A stretch of DNA of 64,000 bases from an uncultured Actinomycetota bacterium (lineage in GTDB: Bacteria; Actinomycetota; UBA4738; HRBIN12): contig CAWBIH010000002.1 of assembly GCA_963788925.1 (NCBI GenBank), positions 580,478 to 644,477 on the forward strand. Direction: 5' to 3'. The translations under genes and the position numbers were made by a program. Every line of letters begins with the position of its first letter. Positions within the stretch are counted from its first letter, which is position 1. This document shows positions 56,298 to 64,000 of the stretch, piece by piece. The notes beneath the pieces are model-generated. The model was not told where the DNA came from. It saw nothing but the letters and a program-made list of their open reading frames with translations, and ran no database searches.

Positions 56298-59200
56298 GTG
56301 ACGCTCACCCAGACATCACAGGCCGACGAGCATGCCGTGCCGCCTCCTTCGGCGCGTCCGAGCCGCCTCGGCTCGTGGTGGGTGATCGTCGGCTTCGCAC
56401 TGGTCCTTCTGCTGGTGCTCGGATGGCGGTTCATCGCCGACCCTTCCTTGTCGGCGCCGACCCGGGACCCCGCCTGGTACACGTGGCGCGCCAGCGTCAT
56501 CCTCGAGGACGATCCGGGATCGATCGCGGGTGGATGGGGTCCCGACAACCTCTTCTCCGGCGGATACCGCGTGGCGGTGCCGTTGGCCGGCGCGCTGTTG
56601 CAGCGCGTCGCGGGGATCAGCAACTACAGCTTCAGCGCCTTCCTGATGCTCGGGATCCCCATCCTCACGGGTCTCGCGCTCGGCGCGGGGGCGTTCCGCA
56701 GCAGGCGAGACCCGCTCGTGGTCATCCTCACGATGCTCGCGACGGCCGGCCTGTTCCTCACCACGCCATACGTCGGTTACCTCGACAACATCACCGTCCT
56801 GTTCCTGCTCTGTTTGATCGTCGCGTTCGCGGATGCGGCCCAGACCTCGTGGGGAGCTCGGGTCGCGATCTTCCTGGTGGGGATGGCGGCAGCGTTCACG
56901 CATCCGACGACCTGTGTCCTGTTCGGCGTGTCGCTCCTCGCCGTCTTCGGCACGCATCTCGTCACCAGCCGGTTCCGGCTCGGCTCTGCGATGCGATCCG
57001 ACGGACCGCTCCTGCTGTCCACCGGCTTCGGGATGGTCACGGGACTCGCGCTCTGGGTCGTCGGGATCTGGGGTCCCGGTGGTCCCGAGCTGCTGAAGGA
57101 TGCAGCGCTCCCACCCCCGTACACGGCCGAGTTCTTCCGACAACGGCTCGTCGAGTGGGTCACTTCGATGGAACCGCTCGTCACATTCCCGCTGATCCTG
57201 GTCGCGATCGTCTCGACGATCGTCGTGGCGAAAAGGACTCGCACGCCCGCGGGGCAGTACGAGCAGGTCTCGATCTGGTGGATGCTCCCGTTCGCGGGTG
57301 TCCTCACGTTCTTGCTGGGACAGCAGATCCCCTACTACCGCTTCATGAACGCGACCGCCGCGCCGATGGCGCTCGTGGGACTCGGCTCGTTCGTGGCGGT
57401 GCGGTGGCTGTACCGCGGAGAGGGGTTGCGGAGGGTCGCGGGCGCGTTGGGTGCGCTGGCCGTCGTCGGTGCACTCGCGTGGGGGTTCATCGACCCTGCG
57501 ATGAACCGGTGGGCCCAACAAGACAACCAGTGGGCGCCGCAGAGCGTGCGGACCTCACTGGCGGCCGCACGCGAGGTGGTCGTGAGCGCCGGCGAACGGC
57601 CGAGCATCTTGATCGTGAACTACGGGAACCTCGACGACGGGACGGGCTCCAACACGACGTACGGGTGGGCGAAGACATACACGAACGTCTTCCGGACGGG
57701 GTTGCCCGGCAGCTTCGCGAAGTATCAGGTCACCTACGTCGGCACCGTGGAGGATTTCCGCAGAGGTATCCCGTCCGACGGACCGAGCGAGAACTATCGG
57801 GAGACGTCCGAGAGTCATCAGAGGGAGCTGCGGCGTCGTCTGGCTACCTACGAAGAGCCGCCCGTCGTCTTCCTGATCGGCGAGTACTACGCGGGGAGGT
57901 GCAACGGCGTCCCCCAGTCGAAGTGCACCGCGGATGTGGAACAGGCATCGCTGGACCGAGCGACGGCCGATGCGATCGAGATCGGCCCCGGCACCTACAT
58001 ACTGACCGGCGAGGATCTCTACGAGCCGCCCGCCGAGGTGGTCGAGCGGGCGCGCGCGGCCGCTGAGGCGGCCGCGGCGCGCTTCGCCGACCCGGCGGGA
58101 CCGCTCGACAACCTCCCGCACCAGGCGCGCGTGCTCGCCGGCTTGTTCGTCCTTGCGATCCTGCCGGGGCTCCTCGCCGCGCCGTTCTTCGGCTTGAAGG
58201 ACACGCCCAGCCGGATCGCGCTCATCCCCGGCACCTCGATCGTGATGTCGCTGCTGTCCGGGATCGTGGTGCTGGGTGTGTGGCGAGGATCGCTCACCGA
58301 GGTCAAGGCGTGGACGGTGGTCGCGATCGCCGTGGGGGCGGGAGCCGCTCTGCGCTTCGGACGCGCGACGATCCTCCGCGCGCTCGACCGCTTCGGCGGG
58401 TTCTTCAACCGCCTGTTCTCGCAGTTCTCGAACCGTGACTTCGCGACCCTGATGAGCGTGCAGTTCCTGACCCAGGCCGGGCAGGGCGTGATCCAGGGCG
58501 CGATCGGGAAGTCGATCGCGTTCGGGGGGCAGAAGGGGTTCGACGTGCAGAACGTCCCGTCCGCCGACTACCTCCTCCAGGTGATCCTGCTGCTCTACGT
58601 CCCCTACACGTTGCTGTCGCCGTTCATCGGGGTCGTCATCGACCGGTTCGAGCGGCGCCGGATCGTGTGGTGGGCGAACGTGTTCACGGCGGCGGTCGTG
58701 GGGGCGGTGGCGCTCGCGTTCCTGCTCCCGCTGGGCGAGGGCACCACCGAGGGGAACGCGGGCGCCACCGCCGCGCTCGTCCTCGGGCTCCTCGCGGCCC
58801 AGGCGGTGATCCGCGTGACGCTGGCCGTGAAATCGGCCGCGATCCCCGATGTGCTCTCGGGCCGCGACCTGCTCCAGGGCAACGCCCTCTCGCAGGCCGG
58901 CGGCGCCCTCTTCCAGATCGTGGGGATCGCGTTCGCCCTCGCGGCCGGCGGCTTCCTCCCCGCGTGGCTCGTCGTGATCGGCGGTGCGCTCGTCCTCGCG
59001 ATCGGCGCATTGGTGGCGACCCGACTCCGGCACGTCGAGGCCCGCCCCCACGTCACCACGTTCGCCGACGAGGCCCGCCGGGTGATCGGCACGATCGTCG
59101 GTGGTATCAGAGAGGTGGCGTCCCGTCCGGCGGCCGCGGTCGGGCTCGTCGGCTTCCAGATGCTCCGCTATCAGTTCTGGGGGTTCGGCCTCTTCGTCTT

Positions 59201-59729
59201 CGCGCTCTATGCGAAGAACCTCGTCGAAGGTGGCTCGGAGAGCCAGGTCCCCACGCTGATCTCGGGCGGCGTGGGCCTGATCGGGGGTGTGCTCGGCCTG
59301 TTCGTGGCGCAAGCCTGGAAGGATCGGATCCCGCCCGTCCGGTTGCTGCTCGTGTCGATGACGCTCCTCGGCGCGGCGACCGTGGTGTTCGGCGGCCTCG
59401 TCTCGGTCGCAGGCTTCGCCGGCATGCTGTTCGTCGGCTTCTTCGCCTTCTTCGTCGGGAAGATCTCCGCGGACACCATCGTGCAGCAGGCGATGCCGGA
59501 CGATTTCCGGGGCCGCGCGTTCGCGCTGTTCGACATCGCCTACAACCTCGGATTCATCGTCCCGGCGTTGATCCTGTCGATCGTATGGGTGGAGAAAGAC
59601 CCGGGTCGGACGCGTGTGATCCTGATCGCGTCCGGCGCCGTGTTCCTCGTCCTGACCGCCCTGATCGCGGCATGGGCGCGACGGATCCGCGAGGGGTTCG
59701 CTCCTCAGGACGACCTGATCGAAGCCTGA
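56298..59729 (+). CDS. Large fusion membrane protein: N-terminal GT-C-like polytopic domain with big extracytoplasmic region (~600 aa) + C-terminal MFS transporter (~520 aa)
   Basis: GGGAGG SD then GTG. The first extracytoplasmic loop has an EDD motif typical of GT-C glycosyltransferases. The C-terminal half has 12 TM helices and MFS motifs (DRFERRRIVWWA...). 1143 aa in one frame. Confidence 0.75.
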   Translation: MTLTQTSQADEHAVPPPSARPSRLGSWWVIVGFALVLLLVLGWRFIADPSLSAPTRDPAWYTWRASVILEDDPGSIAGGWGPDNLFSGGYRVAVPLAGALLQRVAGISNYSFSAFLMLGIPILTGLALGAGAFRSRRDPLVVILTMLATAGLFLTTPYVGYLDNITVLFLLCLIVAFADAAQTSWGARVAIFLVGMAAAFTHPTTCVLFGVSLLAVFGTHLVTSRFRLGSAMRSDGPLLLSTGFGMVTGLALWVVGIWGPGGPELLKDAALPPPYTAEFFRQRLVEWVTSMEPLVTFPLILVAIVSTIVVAKRTRTPAGQYEQVSIWWMLPFAGVLTFLLGQQIPYYRFMNATAAPMALVGLGSFVAVRWLYRGEGLRRVAGALGALAVVGALAWGFIDPAMNRWAQQDNQWAPQSVRTSLAAAREVVVSAGERPSILIVNYGNLDDGTGSNTTYGWAKTYTNVFRTGLPGSFAKYQVTYVGTVEDFRRGIPSDGPSENYRETSESHQRELRRRLATYEEPPVVFLIGEYYAGRCNGVPQSKCTADVEQASLDRATADAIEIGPGTYILTGEDLYEPPAEVVERARAAAEAAAARFADPAGPLDNLPHQARVLAGLFVLAILPGLLAAPFFGLKDTPSRIALIPGTSIVMSLLSGIVVLGVWRGSLTEVKAWTVVAIAVGAGAALRFGRATILRALDRFGGFFNRLFSQFSNRDFATLMSVQFLTQAGQGVIQGAIGKSIAFGGQKGFDVQNVPSADYLLQVILLLYVPYTLLSPFIGVVIDRFERRRIVWWANVFTAAVVGAVALAFLLPLGEGTTEGNAGATAALVLGLLAAQAVIRVTLAVKSAAIPDVLSGRDLLQGNALSQAGGALFQIVGIAFALAAGGFLPAWLVVIGGALVLAIGALVATRLRHVEARPHVTTFADEARRVIGTIVGGIREVASRPAAAVGLVGFQMLRYQFWGFGLFVFALYAKNLVEGGSESQVPTLISGGVGLIGGVLGLFVAQAWKDRIPPVRLLLVSMTLLGAATVVFGGLVSVAGFAGMLFVGFFAFFVGKISADTIVQQAMPDDFRGRAFALFDIAYNLGFIVPALILSIVWVEKDPGRTRVILIASGAVFLVLTALIAAWARRIREGFAPQDDLIEA

Positions 59730-59743
59730 CAGGCTGTGGAGCC

Positions 59744-60520
59744 ATGCCGGAGGTCCGCAACGGTGACGTCACGCTGCATGTCGAGGTCGACGGGGCCGGC
59801 GAGCCGGTCACGATCCTCGCCCACGGTCTGACGAACTCGTGCCGTGAGCTGGCGCCGTTCACGCCGTCGTTGACCGGCACCGCGGTGCGGTTCTGCTTCC
59901 GGGGACACGGCCACTCGAGCGCCCCGGACCACGGCTATCGGTTCGAAGACCTCGCGTCAGACCTCGACGCCGTTGCGCGCGCCTACGGCGCGCGCAACGC
60001 CGTCGGCACGTCGATGGGGGCCGGCGCGATCATGTCCCTGCTGGAACACGATCCGACTCGTTTCGAGCGGATCGTGATGTTGCTGCCCGCTTCGCTCGAC
60101 CTGCCGTTGACCAACCCGGAGCGGTTCGACGGGATCGCCGACCTCCTCGAGTCGTATCCGAAGGGCGAGGCGATCGAGCGGATCCTGGAGATGAGCCGCG
60201 AGCGCTACGAAGGGGCGCCGTGGCTCCGAGAGCTGGACCTGCTGCTGTGGGAGGACATGAACCCCGTGGGGGTGGCTCGAGCGATCCGCGAGGTCGTGCG
60301 CGACGTCTCGATCTCGGATCGGGAGCTCCTCCGGAAGGTCGATGCGCCGGTCCTGCTGATCTGCCGGGAAGGCGACTCGATCCACCCTGCCGCCCTTGGC
60401 CGGATCCTGCACGAGCTGTTCGCGAACTCGGAGCTGGTGACGCTCGGATCGGAGGAGGAGTTGATCGCGTCGATCCCGATGTTGGTCGAGCGCGTTCGTT
60501 CGTTCCTGGAGGGAGCATGA
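59744..60520 (+). CDS. Alpha/beta-hydrolase fold protein
   Basis: Nucleophile elbow GTSMG. 258 aa. Confidence 0.7.
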   Translation: MPEVRNGDVTLHVEVDGAGEPVTILAHGLTNSCRELAPFTPSLTGTAVRFCFRGHGHSSAPDHGYRFEDLASDLDAVARAYGARNAVGTSMGAGAIMSLLEHDPTRFERIVMLLPASLDLPLTNPERFDGIADLLESYPKGEAIERILEMSRERYEGAPWLRELDLLLWEDMNPVGVARAIREVVRDVSISDRELLRKVDAPVLLICREGDSIHPAALGRILHELFANSELVTLGSEEELIASIPMLVERVRSFLEGA

Positions 60521-61440
60521 GCGAGGGTCCGGCCGACGACCGCAGGGCCCGGACCCCCCGTCAGGAGCTATTGGGGTCCACCCTCTCGGCACTGATGGCA
60601 CTGCAGTTCGCCGCCGTCGTGATGTTCGGCAAGGAGGTGGCGGCGGGCGAGCTCCCGTTCCCGATGCTCTCGCTCCGGTTCGCAGGACAGTCGGTGCTGC
60701 TCTTCATCGTCCTTCTTCTGCTCCGCAAGCCCTTGGTCCCGGCGCCGGGGGAGCGGCTCCCGCTGATCCTCGCGGCGACCATCGGCTACGGAACGGAGGC
60801 GGCGTTGTTCTTCTCCGCTCTGAACCACGGGAAGGCAGGCGCGGTCACGCTGCTCTTCTACCTGTATCCGGTCTGGGTCATGCTCGCCACGATCGCGCTG
60901 GACCGGCGACCGCCGGGCTGGCGGCTGTTCCTGGCTCTCCTCCTCGCGCTGGGAGGGAGCGCGGTCGTGATCGTCGGCGGCGGCGAGGTCGAGGTGGCCC
61001 CGATGGGGATCCTCCTCGCGCTCGCCACATCGCTCGTGTACACGGCGTACCTGATCACGGCCGACCGGACGATCCGAAGGACCGACCCGGTGACGGCCGC
61101 AGCCTGGCTCGGCGCCGGTGCCGCGACCTCGAACGTCATCTTCGCGCTCGCGTTCGGCGCTCGCGATCTCCCCGTCGCCTCGTCGTGGCCCTTCTTGGCG
61201 GGCATGGCAGTGTTCTCGGCCGGAGCATTCGCCGCGATGCTCGGCGGGCTCCAGCTCGTCGGCGCCGTTCGGAACGCGATCATCGGCGTGATGGAGCCGC
61301 TCGGCGTCGCCTTGCTCGCGGCCTTCTTCCTCGACGAGCGGATCACCGCTCCCACGGCGATCGGCGGCACGCTGATCCTCGGCGGGGCGATCCTCGCCAC
61401 CCTCGTCCGCACCACCCGAGTCCGCGAACCCGACGTCTAG
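60517..61440 (+). CDS. EamA/DMT-family transporter
   Basis: ATGA overlap with the hydrolase. Ten TM helices. Confidence 0.7.
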   Translation: MSEGPADDRRARTPRQELLGSTLSALMALQFAAVVMFGKEVAAGELPFPMLSLRFAGQSVLLFIVLLLLRKPLVPAPGERLPLILAATIGYGTEAALFFSALNHGKAGAVTLLFYLYPVWVMLATIALDRRPPGWRLFLALLLALGGSAVVIVGGGEVEVAPMGILLALATSLVYTAYLITADRTIRRTDPVTAAAWLGAGAATSNVIFALAFGARDLPVASSWPFLAGMAVFSAGAFAAMLGGLQLVGAVRNAIIGVMEPLGVALLAAFFLDERITAPTAIGGTLILGGAILATLVRTTRVREPDV

Positions 61441-61453
61441 TACCTTCGGAGCT

Positions 61454-62167
61454 GTGACCGAACAGCTCTTCGCCGAAGACGCGTATCTGACCAGTTGCGA
61501 GGCCACCGTCGTCGACGTGCGCGACGAGGGCGTGATCCTCGACAGGACGGTGTTCTACGCCCGCGGCGGCGGCCAGCCGGGAGACACCGGCACCCTTCGA
61601 TGGGAGAGCGGGCTGGCTCGCGTCACGGACACCGTGAAGAGCGGGGGCGACATCGTCCATCAGGTGGAGGGCGACGCGCCGCTCGTCGGTCACTCCGTCA
61701 CCGCGGAGATCGACTGGGGGCGTCGTCACCGACTGATGCGAACGCACACCGCGTTGCACTCGCTCTCCGGTGTGATCTTCCGCGACTACGGGGCGAAGGT
61801 GACCGGCGGGAACATGGACGACACCGGTTCCGCTCGGATGGACTTCGAGCTCGACGAGATGAGTCAGGAGCTCGGCAAAGAGGTCGAGGCGAAGCTCAAC
61901 GAGGAGCTCAACAAGAACCGGCCGGTGCACGTGACCTTCCTTCCGCGTGCCGAAGCGCTCGCCGATCCGGACCTGATCCGCACGAAGGTGAGCCTGATCC
62001 CCGAATCCGTCGACCCGATCCGCGTGGTCGACATCGAAGGGATCGACAAACAGGCGGACGGCGGGACGCACGTGAAGGCGACCGGTGAAGTCGGGCACGT
62101 CACCGTCGTCAAGACGGAGTCGAAGGGCAAGGCCTTCAAGCGGATGCGGATCCAGCTCGAGGACTGA
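61454..62167 (+). CDS. alaX: Alanyl-tRNA editing protein AlaX-like (AlaRS editing-domain homolog)
   Basis: Zn-binding HTALH ... H/C motifs of the tRNA-synthetase second additional domain. 237 aa. Confidence 0.75.
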   Translation: MTEQLFAEDAYLTSCEATVVDVRDEGVILDRTVFYARGGGQPGDTGTLRWESGLARVTDTVKSGGDIVHQVEGDAPLVGHSVTAEIDWGRRHRLMRTHTALHSLSGVIFRDYGAKVTGGNMDDTGSARMDFELDEMSQELGKEVEAKLNEELNKNRPVHVTFLPRAEALADPDLIRTKVSLIPESVDPIRVVDIEGIDKQADGGTHVKATGEVGHVTVVKTESKGKAFKRMRIQLED

Positions 62168-63980
62168 TCAGCCTCCGAACACAACTCCCAACGCCAGGAA
62201 GACGAGGTAGGCAGCGACACCACCCGCCGTGAGCATCAATCGAAGCTGCGCAGGGATCGTCGACCGCCCGAACGCGAAGTAGAGCAACGGCCCGACGAAC
62301 GGCACGACGAGCACGACACCCATCCACCTCGCTCGGTCCGGTATCGAGTCGGCCTCGCGCCGGATCAGGTCCCACATCGCGATCGCCACCCAGGACGCGT
62401 AGAGAACGAACGGCAGGATGTAGCCGTAGAGCCCGAGGAGCAAGGTCCACCAAGTGCTGGCGATGAGCGGGACTCCCATGAGGGTGACCTCCTGGCCGAT
62501 CTGGAGTCCGCGAGCGGGGCGGATGTCTGCGACGTCGCGGATGCGGTAGAGCTCGGGGACGGCCTCCTGCGGGATCGCAGGGTTGGGGGGCGCCGTAATG
62601 GGGTCGTCCGGCATGTCGGGGAGGTTCGCCGGAGGATCGCGGCTGCTCGCGCCAGTCTCCGTGCGGGAATCTGCCGTCGAGCGAATCGATGAACCGAGAG
62701 AGCACGTTCGCCGTCGGCGCCATGCTGCCGCCACCACCTGGGAAGGGTCGAGGGCCCTCGCAGGGGAACAGGAGCTCGATCGCGGCAGGCTGGCTGGTCG
62801 CGGAGCCGTTGCTCTCGAAGCAGTCACCGCCGGATGACGGTGCGGCGAGCGCCAGGTCGGCTCGGCCGCTCCTGCGAACGAGGTTGCTCCGGACCTCGTT
62901 CCCGCCCGACGGCCAGAAGTTGGTGTCGACGATCGGGATCGTCGCGATGCCGTACGTCGCCTGGTCCTCCACGAGGTTCCCGACGATCCTGTCGCCACGC
63001 CCGCCGGCCACGACGATGCCCATGCCGAAGGGGACGTACTCGTACTCCTTCGCGTCGACCGTGGTGGAGTTGTTGTGATGGACATGGTTGCCGGCGATCA
63101 CGACTCCTTCTTGTGGCGCGAACGGCTCGGAGTCGAGCGTGTTCGGGACGATCCCCGCCAGGTTCTCGCGCCACTCGCTGTTGACGATCGCGAGGTTCCC
63201 TCCGGCGTTCGTCCCCGAGTACCCGAGGGCGTTGTGTTCGGCGAGCACGTCGGTGATCACCGCATCGCACGGGTTGCAGGCGCCGATGTAGAAGCCGGCG
63301 TCGGGCGAGCCGCTCGCATACGAATGATCGAACTGCCCCCATCGCGATCCGAACGCGTAGATCCCGTAGTCGCCGTTCGTATGCGCCGTGAGATAGGAGC
63401 CTCGATACCCGAGCACCTCCGACCAGTAGAAGCCGTTCAGGAGGAAGTGGCGCGCCGTGAGGTTCTCGACGGCGACGCCGTCCGCCTCGATCACGTGGAT
63501 CCCGTTCGCCAGCTCGAAGTCGCCTTCGAGGATCGTGTCGTTGCGGTCCATGCCCCGGATCGTCAGGTACGGGGTGGTGACGACCACCGCTTCGCGGTAC
63601 ACGCCGGCGGCGATCAGGACGAGCCCTCCGGGCTCGGCTCGATCGACGCCCTCCTGGATCGTGGGAGCGTCCCGGGGAACCCGCACCGTTCCCGCCGGGC
63701 CGGGTGGGATCGGATCGGGTCCCGGCGCGCCGCCGCCCGGGAGCGGTGAGTCCCCCACGACCACCGTGCCCGCCATCCCGGCGCCGGGTCTCCCGTGATA
63801 CCGACAGAAGAAGGAGTAGACGCCGGCTGCCTCGAACGCATGGGCGAACTCGGCACCGGGCGCGAGGTTCCCTGAACTCCATGACCCGTCATCCGCCTCG
63901 ACGGTATGCGGGGAGCGACCGTCCATCGTCCACTCGACCGTCTGGCCGGGTGGGATCCGAACGATCTCGGGCGTGAACAC
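62168..63980 (-). CDS. Cupredoxin-domain + right-handed beta-helix protein with C-terminal 2-TM (PLDc_N-like) membrane anchor; apparent frameshift at the G6 run near 62585-62590; true 5' end may lie beyond the window
   Basis: N-terminal type-1 copper site (HTVEADDG...FFCRYHGRPGAGMAG). Beta-helix repeats (NxxGxxG-like, HHNN). The C-terminal TM segment is in a second frame (62168-62500). The junction coincides with GGGGGG at 62585-62590. Confidence 0.6.
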
Positions 63981-64000
63981 GTTGTCGATGGCGGAGACCG

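Noticed and set aside
57555-59312. 585-aa minus-strand ORF (and 56316-57521 minus)
   Set aside because: They are antisense to the GT-C/MFS fusion gene. Arg/Glu/Asp/Gly low-complexity.

Overview
This is a ~64 kb, ~70% GC chromosomal segment with an actinobacterial-type gene complement. It holds about 62 protein-coding genes and no rRNA, tRNA, CRISPR array, transposase or integrase. Most starts and stops overlap by 1-4 nt, so translational coupling is common. Many long ORFs in the six-frame track are antisense shadows of real genes and are rejected below.

Recognisable blocks, left to right:
- Start to 4.3 kb: the tail of a sugar ABC transporter (SBP plus one permease), a MidA-type methyltransferase, and a Nudix/MBL hydrolase pair.
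- 4.2-5.8 kb: a divergent Crp-like regulator and cNMP-binding-protein pair, followed by a Pro-rich ORF.
- 5.8-14.1 kb: a minus-strand operon DUF72 - site-2 protease/CBS - adnA-like - adnB-like (two-subunit helicase-nuclease).
- 14.5-18.0 kb: a lower-GC island carrying two tandem paralogous orphan sensor histidine kinases.
- 18-25.5 kb: a membrane protein, an MpaB-like oxygenase, a HAD hydrolase, a UbiE-like methyltransferase fused to a membrane domain, two small hypotheticals, a frameshifted methyltransferase, a CoA-transferase and a coiled-coil HTH protein.
- 25.5-31.4 kb: an opp/dpp-type peptide ABC operon.
- 31.6-35.2 kb: serA-serC-DUF1015.
- 35.2-37.2 kb: a C26 peptidase-GrpB fusion and a GATase1.
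- 37.3-40.7 kb: a DhnA-type aldolase, a Zn-ADH and an FGGY kinase.
- 40.7-45.5 kb: a gamma-glutamyl-amine (ethanolamine-type) catabolic cluster (lipoprotein, GS-like ligase, Eat permease, small membrane protein, SDR).
- 45.5-48.6 kb: greA, a CDP-alcohol phosphatidyltransferase, a Rieske ferredoxin and TrpB2.
- 48.6-52.1 kb: an SGNH/MBOAT O-acyltransferase pair and an EamA transporter.
- 52.2-56.2 kb: a MutY-family glycosylase and ArsR-SRPBCC-znuC-znuB-zur.
- 56.3-59.7 kb: a GT-C-like domain fused to an MFS transporter.
- 59.7-64 kb: an alpha/beta hydrolase, an EamA transporter, AlaX, and a cupredoxin/beta-helix/membrane-anchor protein.

Five conserved genes show apparent frameshifts, some at homopolymer runs. 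This suggests indel errors in the assembly or recent pseudogenisation.

Smaller sequence-level features:
- A 40-bp perfect palindrome at a convergent gene junction.
- A 13-bp inverted repeat in the crp/cNMP divergent promoter.
- A direct repeat upstream of HK2.
- A candidate ArsR operator.
- Several GC-rich hairpins.
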